From Bilabrum cf. latius (taxonomy: Eukaryota), in assembly GCA_965178125.1 (NCBI GenBank), contig OZ237774.1, forward strand, positions 62,001 through 126,000: a stretch of 64,000 nucleotides of DNA, given 5' to 3'. Below are positions 11,292 to 22,769 of this stretch, piece after piece; positions within the stretch are counted from its first letter, which is position 1; each line of letters opens with the position of its first letter. Below the pieces are notes generated by a model. The model was not told the origin of the DNA and searched no databases. It saw only the letters and a list, made by a program, of their open reading frames with translations. The translations under genes were made by a program, and so were the position numbers.

Positions 11292-12641
11292 GTGGCGATC
11301 TGATGACCAGAGTCTTGTGAAGACGAAAGGAGGGAAATAAGCTGGCGAGTCGGGTGCTGAGTGATAGTGATCGCAGTGATTGAATGTAGAGTGGCCTAGA
11401 TCTAGGCACAACATTTTTTAAGTATCCGCAATTGCCACAGACCTGTATTGCCACCACCATGCAATGTAAGTGATTGAGGATCCCCAACCCTTCCCTCTAA
11501 GGTTCAGAAATCGTTTGTACTAGCATTGTCGAAATATGATGCAACGGCCCTCCGTGAGCGTGGACATCACGATGCAAAAGATCTGCCTTGACCTCGTCCT
11601 GCGACGCGATCCCATCTGGATACCTACATGTAACCTTACCAGAAGCTTCCCCAGTACGCAACTTCAACCGATTCCTTCATCATTCCGCTTTAGGGTCAGC
11701 TTGAGTCCCTAAAGAAGATGGAGCTGGAGGCTTTGGATTCCTCTGGCGTCACGATTGAGGAGCTACCGAGCGGGGCTGGAGGCGGATCCTCTGCTTCTGC
11801 TCCTGCTTCCCCACAGCTCCTGTGGAGCGAGCAGAGCTCATCCTCCTCGGACGGCGGGAACCATAGTGTTGTGCCACGCGTAAAGGAATGGTGGGCGGTG
11901 AGTTCTGCGGTTGATGCTCTAGCTTAGGCTGGGGGGGCAGGAGGACGACGGGTGGAGGGGCGTGTAGGGGAGGAGACGGTGGGAGCTGTGGGTCAGGAGG
12001 GTGTACGGATTGCCCTGCTGTGCGATCGAGAAATTGATCCCGTATATCTAAGAGATTACCATCGTGTTACCCTCACCCCCCGTAGTTGCCCCCTAGCACC
12101 AAGCAATCTCACGAGTTGCGGTTGGGGGCGAGGCTGGGATCCAGTCGCCACCTGTCTCCGACCTTGCCGCGTACTTTAGGAATAGCTGACCCACATCGAA
12201 CTGGTGCAATAACTTCGCTGTACTCACTGCCCCCGACGAAGAGACCACGAAGAAGCTGGATGCCCACCTAGAACATGGTGGATCGCTCAGCGGGTACTGC
12301 TGCCCGAGTCCTAAGGAGATCACCGATTCCGACAACGGAGCGACCTAGAGCGGGTGATGTGCTGAAATTCTTGGAGTGAATTGGCCGCATAAAGCGTCGG
12401 AGTCATAGCTGGTCTCGGAAACCGAGAGCCACATCAACCTTCAGGCGCTGTGGACGTTGAGATCCCAAAACGTTCAACGATACCAATGTAGAAGTAGAAT
12501 GTGGGGGGTTGGAAACAGGTTTCGAGGATTGTGTTAATGCATTGTTCTGTGTGTGGACGCTGGGAAATGTCTCATGCCAGACGGCGACGGGCCGTGCCGC
12601 AATCGCGAAGCTGGAAGCTCCCAAGGTGGCTGAAGCACGGT

Positions 12642-13728
12642 GCATACGGATTCGCCGACGAGATGGAGGCATACGAGGAGGAACGCGATGAGTCAGTTCT
12701 GATGGCTGATTGTCAGCTCGAGCGGGGCTGTGTGACGGAGGAGGTGGTTTGCCGACGGAGAGGGGCAGGGCCAGCAACACGTTGTATCCAAGAGACGGCG
12801 AGGCTGGGGCGAAGGAGCGATTGTCTGAATTCGTCCCACCGGAAAAACGGTTATAGGATCAAGTTAAAGTCATTGACACCGTGTCGTACTCCTCTCGAGC
12901 GGCATAAGAGCCTCGATTTTCGGATCACTAGCAAACACCCGTCGCCTCTCCACAAATCAGGATGCGGTCGCTCCCATCTACACTGTGGCAAGCACGTGCC
13001 GCTTCTGAGGCTCAATGACAAGGCATACGGATTCGCCGACGAGATGGAGGCACACGAGGAGGAACGTGATGAGTCAGTTCTGATGGCTGATTGTCAGCTC
13101 GAGCGGGGCTGTGTGACGGAGGAGGTGGTTTGCCGACGGAGAGGGGCAGGGCCAGCAACACGTTGTATCCAAGAGACGGCGAGGCTGGGGCGAAGGAGCG
13201 ATTGTCTGAATTCGTCCCACCGGAAAAACGGTTATAGGATCAAGTTAAAGTCATTGACACCGTGTCGTACTCCTCTCGAGCGGCATAAGAGCCTCGATTT
13301 TCGGATCACTAGCAAACACCCGTCGCCTCTCCACAAATCAGGATGCGGTCGCTCCCATCTACACTGTGGCAAGCACGTGCCGCTTCTGAGGCTCAATGAC
13401 AAGGCATACGGATTCGCCGACGAGATGGAGGCACACGAGGAGGAACGTGATGAGTCAGTTCTGATGGCTCAGCTCGAGCGGGGCTGTGTGACGGAGGAGG
13501 TGGTTTGCCGACGGAGAGGGGCAGGGCCAGCAACACGTTGTATCCAAGAGACGGCGAGGCTGGGGCGAAGGAGCGATTGTCTGAATTCGTCCCACCGGAA
13601 AAACGGTTATAGGATCAAGTTAAAGTCATTGACACCGTGTCGTACTCCTCTCGAGCGGCATAAGAGCCTCGATTTTCGGATCACTAGCAAACACCCGTCG
13701 CCTCTCCACAAATCAGGATGCGGTCGCT
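12642..13728 (+). repeat. 381-bp tandem repeat, about 2.85 near-identical copies
   Basis: The unit start GCATACGGATTCGCCGACGAGATGGAGGCA occurs at 12642, 13023 and 13404. The third copy lacks 6 bp (GATTGT) and is truncated. Confidence 0.95.
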
Positions 13729-14021
13729 TACACCAGTTCCCCCCGAGTAGCACGAGCTGCTTTGCTTGTCAGCGACATGACAGCATCAGATTTACCAAGT
13801 GCCATGGCGTAGGCCTTCTTCGCGTCTGTTGCTGCTTCACCTGCTGCTTCGAAGGCCTCTTTCTTGGCCTTCAATTCGGCTTGCACTGCAGTTCCAAGTC
13901 CCTCACAAGCCTCAACTATTAGTTTGGCCCCCGCGGATACCCCATTCTTGTACTCCTAAGTCTTCTTCAATTCTAGAGTGGCTTCCATCTCCTCAAATGG
14001 TTTCTTACCAACTCCGGCCAT
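13728..14021 (-). CDS. Small Ala/Lys/Glu-rich helical hypothetical protein, 97 aa (1 in-frame TAG, TAA stop)
   Basis: The start context is AAAAACAATG. It translates as MAGVGKKPFEEMEATLELKKT[TAG 13956-13958]EYKNGVSAGAKLIVEACEGLGTAVQAELKAKKEAFEAAGEAATDAKKAYAMALGKS...GELV-TAA. Confidence 0.45.
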
Positions 14022-14327
14022 TGTTTTTAAGGTTTAGCACTGGAGAAGTGGGGGTGGTTCAAATGGGTCCGTAAATAACGAATTGAAATAACCCCACACA
14101 ACAAAACTTAGTAACGAAAGTTCTTCAACTTTCGGCGCCGGTATCCGGGTCGGCTTGAGCGAGTTACCCTTGGGCTATTCCCGGGTCCGCCGCATTGTCT
14201 ATCTTTCTGGGCGCTTCGTCTACTGAAGTCCATTAGCTCGGACATCGGCTACCTGCTCCTCAGTGGTATCACCCGCAAACTCAGCAGCACGAGCTTGTGA
14301 GAGCTTTCGCCACATCCGCTCGCGCAG

Positions 14328-15015
14328 GCTTTGCTGCCGCAGGGGCTTGAGATCCCTCTGATGTGCGCCGCCGATGAAAGCATGGAGACATGCACTTTGC
14401 TGCTGGGTGCAGGAGCCGACAGGTCCATTCAAGACGACGTGAGCGAATTGCAGAGAGAACGCTATTGATCAACTATATGTCCATTTCCAGTGTGATTGCA
14501 GGTAGACTGCGACACTCTCCAACACAACTTGCATTATTGCTGGCTAGGAAAGTGCCTGCGGCGAACCACAATCTAAAAACGGGGATCCTGACCACCTGCC
14601 AGTGCCAGCCATGCCGTGACTCATAGCACCCGTCCATGACTCATGGCACCCGACCATGACTCATGGCACCCGACCGGATCCGCAGGAAGAAAAGACGCCA
14701 GCGCAACGGGCCTTGGAGGAGAATCGCACGACGTGCGCCGAGCTGATCCGATCATACATTGATCCGATCCCCCTCAGGCTGCTCCTCTGGAGACGGGCCC
14801 ATGAGGCGCACAGGGACGCGGGCATGGTGTTCAAGGCAGCGAGCGAGGGCAGGCCCATGGAGCTGGCCAGGAGGCTGAGGCTGGGCAAGCTGGCGGGGGG
14901 GCTGGAGATGGAGGGCGAGGTGGAGGACGGGGCGGGCGGGACGAGGGTGGTGGGTCCGATGGAGGCGGCTCGATTAGGGGGTCATGACGAGTGCGTTGAG
15001 CTGCTTGAAAACTGA
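14328..15015 (+). pseudogene. 5'-truncated duplicate of the last two exons of ANK copy 2 (module copy 3); pseudogene or alternative 3' cassette
   Basis: From 14328 the sequence closely matches 10539 onward. Exon 14343-14438 has a 3-nt deletion and exon 14686-15015 ends at TGA. Splice sites are intact, but no upstream exons are visible. Confidence 0.65.
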
Positions 15016-15283
15016 GAGGTGATCTGATGACTAGAGTCTTGTGAAGACGAAAGGAGGGAAATAAGCTGGCGAGTCGGGTGGTGAGTGATTGGAGCTGGAG
15101 CGGGCTCGATTTAGGCACAGTTTTTCCGAGTCTCCGCTATTGCCACAGAACCGTATTTGCCACCAGTCACCAGTGGCGCACCACCATGCAATGTTGCGTG
15201 CTATTCCTAGAGACGTAGTTCTCGACAATCTCCCCCAGTCCATTTACATTGAGGCCAAAACAACTACTTGTCTGCTGTATATC

Positions 15284-18200
15284 ATGGCAATGCGTACGGA
15301 TGCCCCTCATTGTGACAAAAGCTACGCGATCCAGCCTGGAACCGGGGATGGACGGCGTAGGCATGGCATCAATTTGCCGAACCAGGTACCATAGTACGGA
15401 CATGATACCTCGCAAAATCATATTGTTGATTCAATATTTCCAAGTTTGCCAGCTTTGCTGGAATCCTTACCACCTAGTAAAGCGGCAGAATTGCGCGGGG
15501 TTCTGTTTGGCCTGGCTGTTCCAACACTGCGAGACACCAAACTGCAGATTTTTCATGGGTCCATACGACGAGCAGTGCATGTATATTTCAATAGCCGCCG
15601 TCGTAATGCTCAACACGATTGTGGTGAACTTCAGAGACGTGTCCAGCAGTCGATCAGGGACCGAAAGAAGAGCATCTTGCTCGCCAGCAAATGGACCAAG
15701 AACATGGCTGGTAGATCCGGGACGGTAATGTCATCGGTCTTACCCTACCTATCGATGGCTGATATCAGCAGGCTAGCATAGACGTGTAGTGCTATTCGGG
15801 CAAGCCTCGCAGCTCACTCCAACCAGGTCGCATCGAGCATTGCAAGCGAGCTCGGTACAAGGGTAAGCCAGCAGGTTGGAAACGGATCGCATGGTCTCGC
15901 AAGATTATGGCAACGTACGTCCATGCTCATTTAGTGCGGAGGGCTGCTGGCAAGCGCTGTAGAAGTGCCAGAGACTCACCCTGATGGTGGCGGCGAGAAT
16001 ACCGCTGCGGTGCCAGTGTACGATAGAGATATTCGCGAAGGCAGCAGCAGTTCGCCTCACGGATGGAAATACATGCGCGCGGATGTAGTGCGTGGTCACG
16101 AGGATACGGGCAAGTCCTGTGGTACCCATGCCTCACCCGTGGGATAGTCCCCAACCCATGCTAGAGGAAGAAATTCACGTCTCCGTGGCTCCGCTGCATC
16201 CTAGCCGCTGCTTGGTTCTGCAAAGAAGTTTCATTCGAGTGTAGGCGTGCAAGGTGTCATGAGCTCCACCAAGGGCAAGCCTTCAATATATGGGGCAATC
16301 AATGCCACCGAGAAAGCTTCCTGCCAAGGTGTTCCGCTGCCTACCAACACAGCCGATGGCCAGGGTCACGGCACGTCTGTAGATCTAATTCATGAACTAA
16401 GGTAGCTATGCATGTAGCATGGGGTTGCAGTACCCTCCCGTCTTCAGGCCATGGCAAGGGATCCTGCTGCAGGTGGGCTAGCGCGGGCCATCGTGGAGTG
16501 GGAGGCGGCCGGGATGGTGCTGGGAGGGGAAGACCCTCGCGAGTTCGAAGGATGGTTGGAAGAATCAGCTGCCACTGCTCTGCTGCTTATGGGAGTCGCG
16601 GGTGCGCTGGTGCATCTTCCGGGGCGCATGGATGCCATCCGCAACGTGTTCAAGAACACCCACGAGACGAGGCGTCGGTTGACTCGGGAGGAACATCCAT
16701 GGCACCGTACCACGCGAATAAATGCTAGCTAGGATGATTTGCATCTGGAGCATGCCTCTGCGACCAATTCCTCCCGGGTGTTGATTCCGCATCCTGGGGG
16801 TGTGCTGGTAGACCCCGATGTCATGGAGCTGGATGCGGTGCAAGGGCTGTTTCATGTTTCCCAGGACAGTGAGGACGACGGTAACGAAGCCAGCCATCAA
16901 GATCGTTTTCGACGAATCGTAGTGGGTGCGATGAAAGACTTCAGACAGGAGGGGCCCGACTTGGAGTGGCGCATTGAGCGATTGGGTCTAAACACTCGAA
17001 CCGATAGTCTTGGTTTGAACACGCAGGGAAATTTAGGGCTGCACTTTGACTGGCTGACTAGTTCTGGAGCGATAAGTGGGCATCATAAGGTATCGGGCTG
17101 TATTCGGATGCAGGTACTTGCGACCCCTGGAGTATTCCCTGGCCGACGGTAGGAGATCTAGCAACTTTACACCCAGTCTGATACGATACTAGGAGGGACC
17201 TCGCACCAGAATGATCTAGCAGTGCAATCCTCCCGCAGCAAGTGCTCGAGGCCAAGTCGTAGGCAGTGGGCCATGCCTGCTCCATCGCCTCTAGACGCAG
17301 CTCGCTGGCATCAGATTGCCGCCCTTGAAGGCAGGGACATTGACATGGTGTCAGAGCTCGTCTACAAGCTTCCGCATCAATGTGACATTGCGGCAAACAA
17401 CCTCAGTTTAATTGATCACTACTGGTGCTACTGCAAGAGCTGCTCCTGCTGTAGGATCTTCTGCTCGTCCTACCCATGGCGCCTAGTGCTGATGCTGTTA
17501 GTGGACTGCTGTCATGTCACTGTCCCTCTGGTGTTTTTTCTGGTGTTTGCGATGTCATTCGTAGCTCAAGCCGTGCCAATGGCTTGCACCCGCATGGAGC
17601 TGGCTGCCTACAACGAGACGGTGCTGTCAGTTCCTCCATCACAGACCAACGTACCCATGGATGTGTTGGATGACATCACGTCCCACTGCTGGTCTGGCAA
17701 GATGCTCGGGTGGGGTGGGCACAATTCAACAGCAGCAAATGTGGTGAGCACAGTGCAGGATTTCAGTTTGGATCCATGGTTGCAGTGGACGATGCTCTTC
17801 CCAGCTTGGGTAGCCGCCATGTGCGTGTGCTGCGTCATCGTTTGCTTGCAGCCATGCATGTGCCACACTTCCGACGGATCAATGTATCCCCCCATAGTGC
17901 TACTGCTGTGGTCGACGTGGGACTTGAAAACTCCAACTGACCGTGATATCGTTGGAGCGGATGGTCAACGTCAAGTGCGCATCAGAGATTTTGTTTAGAT
18001 TTCCAGCTGGACGGCCAAAGTCAGCTTTAATGAAGCGGCTTTCTTCCGGAGCTCGCGGATAGCAGGGCGCCCTATCAACTACCTCCCTATTTCTATTTCT
18101 AATGCCCAAATGATGCTGTACGATCCCGTGATGGCGGGATTAAGTGGTATCCTTGCGCCTCCCATCCTAAGTGTACTATCAGTATTGGCTGTTGCAAGTA

Positions 18201-20131
18201 CGTATACGATGCTCGGTATCGACCTACTCGTACAGGAGAGAGCCCGCGATGCTTGCCAATACGCAGGAATATCGGTTTTGACGGCTCTTGTCGTGCCACT
18301 TGTCCTGAATATACTTCGGCTCCAATGGCGAAATGGCGGGAGGCACGGCTGGTGGCCAACCCTGCACACTATCAAACTCGGGTGCTTGTGGTTGTCATGG
18401 TCATTTTTCGATTGTTTTGGGTTGGGTGTTCTGTTAGTTATTTGGAGCGACGGGGGCTCTCATGCTGCTGGTATTGCACTTTGGGTGTTTGCTTGTATGC
18501 GGCTGCTACTCATGTTCTGTCACAGTGGACTGGTGTATGGATGTCTCGACAACTAGTCTCATGGGGCGCGTATGGTCATGGAGAATGCATTCGATGTTCC
18601 ATTCTGGGACGTTCTATTTGAAGCACCAAAGTATGCCGTCCTGGCTACGATTTGCACAGTGATTGCAATGCATGCGAGCCCTGTTGCGATCATCACGTCT
18701 CCGGTGTCGCTTGGGGCTTGGGTCATGGCGACGTATATGGTCGCAGCTGGTGCATCCATCATTTAGCTCTGTCTCTGCTGTGGACTTCCTATTGGAATTG
18801 CGTTCAATAGATCCATATTGCAGACAGGTGGAAGCTACGCGGGCGAGTTGAAAGGCATACGCTTAGCGAATTAGACTATATCAGCCATGCGGCAGCGAGT
18901 TGCGTCACACCAAGTGCAGACACGCTTCCTAGGGTGCTGTTTGTTGCATGGCTCCATGTACGAAAACGATGGCTGCTACAGGGGGACATGCTGTCAATGC
19001 TCGGACGATCCAGGGTATTCGAATCCGACTGCAGCTGTCGCACAGCGGTGGTACAGCCCGGAATTTAGTGCAACGTTCAATAGAATCCGTAGAGACAGTT
19101 CGATGCGCCTTCCCACAAGCGATGCCAGCGACTGCTGCCCTCGATGGGTTTCTCTCTGTTGCGGTGACAAATCCATACGGGACTATGAGGACGACCTCCA
19201 ACAGCGAATGGCTAGCTGGCCTCCAGCTTGTCACTTCGGGTTGACTCTCCCTAACCCTAACGGAAAGTAGAGCAGGCGGTTCAACCCGAAGCGCGGAGCA
19301 GAAGCAGGACTGGCTGCCGCCAGCATGGCCAGCAAATATCTGATAAGGCGCGCTGTCCTTGCTCTTCGGTCTGCCCACGGATCTGCTGAAGGGACGGGGG
19401 CGGCCATGCTGCAACTGCATCTCCGGCTTGAGAGGCTGCAAGCATCCATTCGCTAGGCACTGAGCAGTGATAGACGTCCACATACCATCAGCCGTTCATA
19501 TCATTCGCATCGCCAAGGGAACACGCCTCGTATTGATCCTTCCAGCTTTGCCATGACTGGGCTGAACTTGCCACAGTTGCACATGCAGGTGCGGGCGGCG
19601 AGTGGGGCTGCGATTACCGCTGCCATGCTGCTGCTGGGGGGTCCTAAATCGCTCATGGGCGAGTTCGTCAGCGTGCAGAGATAGCATTCGCAACATGGAC
19701 AGAGCCATAGTCGCGCGAACCGTAAAGGACGTGGCAGGTCACTGGCAGGAGGCAGCAGCGCGGCAAGGGGATATGGTGACAGTGTAGATGCATGGACCGT
19801 TTCTGATCAGTCTTCTGCCAATGCAGCCGGCTCCGCAGCTATGCATAATGCAGAAGATGGTGGTAGCGACCGTGATAGGCTATCCCATGCCTTGGAGCGG
19901 GGGAGATCGGCTTGGAGGCGAATGGTATCCAGGAGCATGCCAGAGGGAGGTGCTCCATCATGGACGACTGCAGATGCATCGATGTTGGTGGAGATGGGGG
20001 GAGGGGAGGCGGTGTACAGAGTGCAGGCGGGTGGCAATTTGGCAAGGTCGCAGGGCGGGATACGTGGAAAAGGAGCATCGCTGCCTGCCGGTGGGAAGGG
20101 TGGCATGGGTGACAGTGATCTGAGCGATTGA
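15284..20131 (+). CDS. Large intronless protein of about 1615 aa with an F-box-like motif and a multi-pass TM region; 17 in-frame TAGs
   Basis: The single frame has TAG at 15392, 15779, 15932, 16145, 16202, 16403, 16415, 16730, 17150, 17159, 17996, 18554, 18764, 18872, 19268, 19454 and 19682, with no TAA/TGA until TGA 20129-20131. The F-box-like motif is VLPYLSMADISRLA[TAG]TCSAIR. Many hydrophobic segments lie at about 17470-18800. An alternative start is ATG 15191. Confidence 0.8.
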
Positions 20132-20355
20132 ATGGCGCATTCTTTGTGAGTTTCTTCCTTGGCAGGTGCTCAGCAGAGGCTATGCTACGTTGTCGCTGTT
20201 AACTGCCTGGCTTCTTTGCCGCACTGCCCACAATCACAACCATGCAACAAGACTGCACCGGGGTCAATCGCACTCGTCACATGGCTTCGAACCGCTTCGG
20301 GTTCCCCAAGTGAAACTGGGGGACTACCCCATTCTTCTGCGCTTTGTTTCGGAGA

Positions 20356-22695
20356 ATGCCAGCCGGAAAAGGAAGAAAAGGAAAACGATCGAAAGGTGGA
20401 TAGCGCAGTGCTATCACTGGGACAACGGCTGCTTTGAAAACGGTGGACGTGCTGAAAGCTGCAACTGCTGTGTCAAACACTAGCTCTGGGCGGAAACGAA
20501 GCCGCGCTGAAATGAAAGCAGGTGGACAGACATCAACAGGATCTACTTCATCTGCTTCCTCCATTATGGACATGCTTGGCGGTGACGATGTCGAACAGGA
20601 TGCATCGGCCCTGTCGACCGCATTCGATGCGTTCGGATCGAGTGCAGGCCCCGCAGAGACAGTCCCAAGCATCCCTATGCTACAAACCAAGTCATCGGAT
20701 AATACAGATAGTGCAACTGACAAGGATATCGAGACCGACTCGAATAAAGCCGAGCTCGACGACAGCGAGGAGCCAGACGCAGACACCAAGAAAGCGCTGG
20801 AGGCTAGCCGCCGCCTCACAGGCAGCGCAGAGCCCGAGGGAAAGCGAGCCAGGAAAGTGAAGAAATCCATCCGCGCAGCAGAGGCGAGGGCGCGGGCGGG
20901 GGACGCACCATCCCGAGCCAGAGAAGGTTCCTCGGGTTCCTCGGCCGACGGGGCGCAGGGCGAGCACGGAGCAGGTGCCCCGGAGCGGCTCGGTCGCACA
21001 CTGTTCCTCGCTGGAGTGCCGGTCCCCTGCAGGGCCAGGGAGCTGCAGGCCCTGGCAGAGCTGGCTCTGGGAATCGAACCTGGGACCAAGGAGGGGACAA
21101 CCGGAGCCGCAGCTGCAGCAGGAAGCAAGGGCAAGGACAAGGACAAGGACAAGGACAAGGACAAGGACAAGGACAAGGACAAGGACAAGGGCAAAGGCAA
21201 GGGCATTGGATAGGAACAAATGCCGGAGACGAAATCGCTAGCAGCATCCTCGTCCTCATCAGCCCCAGCCCCAGCCACGACTGCGCAACCCAAGGCCCCT
21301 CCCGCCGGGCCCTCCCCTGTGGAGTCGGTGCGGTTCCGGTCTGTGCCAGTGCGTGCTGTCGCCGTCAAGGCAGGATCGGATCAGGCCGCCATGCGCAAGG
21401 CCGCTGCTCAGAAAGGGGTGTACCGCACTGCGGCGCACGGGACGGGCACCTCTGGCAAGTCCGCCCCCGCCGACGGCCCCGAGGGCGGGGGCGCGGACGG
21501 GTCGGGTGAGTGGAGGATCAAGACAACGGAAGGGCAGAAGAAGGGCAAGGGGCAGGGGCACGGGGGCAGGACGGACGGGGGGCTGAGGGCCATCGCTGCA
21601 GCCGCGCCCGCTGCCGCCGCCGTGCAGAACGCCTACGTGGTGTTCCGCACGAAGCAGGCCGCGGAACAGGCGCTGACGTCACTCCAGGGTGCGTGGATCA
21701 GGGGACACCGCATGCGGGCTGACTGGGCCACCGCCGCAGGTGCATCGCAGGGCAGCGGGGAACAAAAGCAAGGCAGCGGGGAGCAGGCGCGCAGGCGGTG
21801 CGTGGTGGTGGCGAGGCTGCCTTGGAGGGCGGAGGAGGCCGACGTGGAGGCGGCGGTGGAGCGGGCGCTGGCCGCTGCTGGTGTGACGAGTGAGGGGGGC
21901 GCGGGGGCGGGTGGTCTCAACGAGGCGCTGGGGGTGGATTTGGACGCGGAGGAGAGCGGCGGGGGGTCTCTCGTGGTGGCGCACGACGCGCGGCTTAGAG
22001 CAGGGGGGTACACTGGCCTGGCGGTGGGTCCCTTGGAGGCGGCCCGCAGTGTGACGAGTGTGAGGATCCCGAGGGACCGCGTGTCGCAGGCCTCGAGGGG
22101 AGTGGCCTTCGTGTGGCTGACGCCGGGGGCACTGGGTCGCGGTGCCGTGGCTGTGCTCCTGCAGCTGGGCCGGAGGGCAGAGGGTGTGATCGAGGAGACT
22201 GACAAGCGGGTGGAACGGGCCGTGCTGGGGGGCGGGCTGTCGGTGCCTGGGAGGAGGCGGGTGAGGGAGGAGGAGGAGGCTGCGGCTGCGGGGGGCAGGG
22301 GCGTGCTTGCAGTGGGGGGGCGGGTGGTGCGCGTGATGCCGTACAAGCCCTCGGCCCAGACAACAACCGGGGGGGGCGGGCGCGGTGCTGGCAGGGGTAG
22401 GGGTCGCGATGGGGGGGGTACGGGCCAGGGGGATAGGGCGGCGCGGGGAACAGGGGGCAGTGGCAGGGGTCGGGGTGGCAGTAGGGGTCGTTCGGACAGT
22501 CGTGGGCGGGGCAGGGGCAGGGGCGGTGGCCGTGGCCGTGGTCGTGGTGGTGGCATGGGCGGCGGGAAGGCGGGCCCTGGAGGTGGCGCGAGTGGCGGTT
22601 CGGACGGGGCGCCCAAGAAGAAGAAGGCGAGATGGAGCGATGGCAGGAACGGTCCCATGGGAGCTAGGCGCAGGGGCGGGGCCGGCGGGCAGTGA
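20356..22695 (+). CDS. RBM34: Two-RRM nucleolar RNA-binding protein (RBM34/Nop12-like); 2 in-frame TAGs
   Basis: It begins MPAGKGRKGKRSKGG[TAG 20401]. RRM1 is RTLFLAGVP...[TAG 21211]...VESVRFRSVP...NAYVVF...GHRMRAD. RRM2 is RCVVVARLPW...VTSVRIPRDRVSQASRGVAFVWL. An RG-rich tail precedes TGA. Confidence 0.75.
21133..21189 (+). repeat. (AAGGAC)n coding microsatellite encoding a KD dipeptide run
   Basis: About nine tandem AAGGAC units lie inside the RBM34-like CDS. Confidence 0.9.
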
Positions 22696-22769
22696 AGGTC
22701 GCTTTCGGGCCTGAGCGAACCTTCGTTGCTTGCGATCGAATTGCTGGTCTACTCGCACACTTGTTCAAG

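Larger units (their letters stand above)
11490..14327. mobile_element. Unassigned insert of about 2.8 kb between duplicated ankyrin-gene segments (possible degraded mobile or viral DNA)
   Basis: It lies between the end of ANK copy 2 and a 5'-truncated duplicate whose similarity starts abruptly at about 14328. It contains compact intronless ORFs and a 381-bp tandem repeat. I recognised no transposase, RT or capsid motif. The left boundary is approximate. Confidence 0.3.

Noticed and set aside
12501-13922. 473-aa plus-strand ORF as a real protein
   Set aside because: Its length comes from triplication of a 381-bp unit. It starts at GTG, has no recognisable domain, and its end is antisense to a more protein-like ORF.
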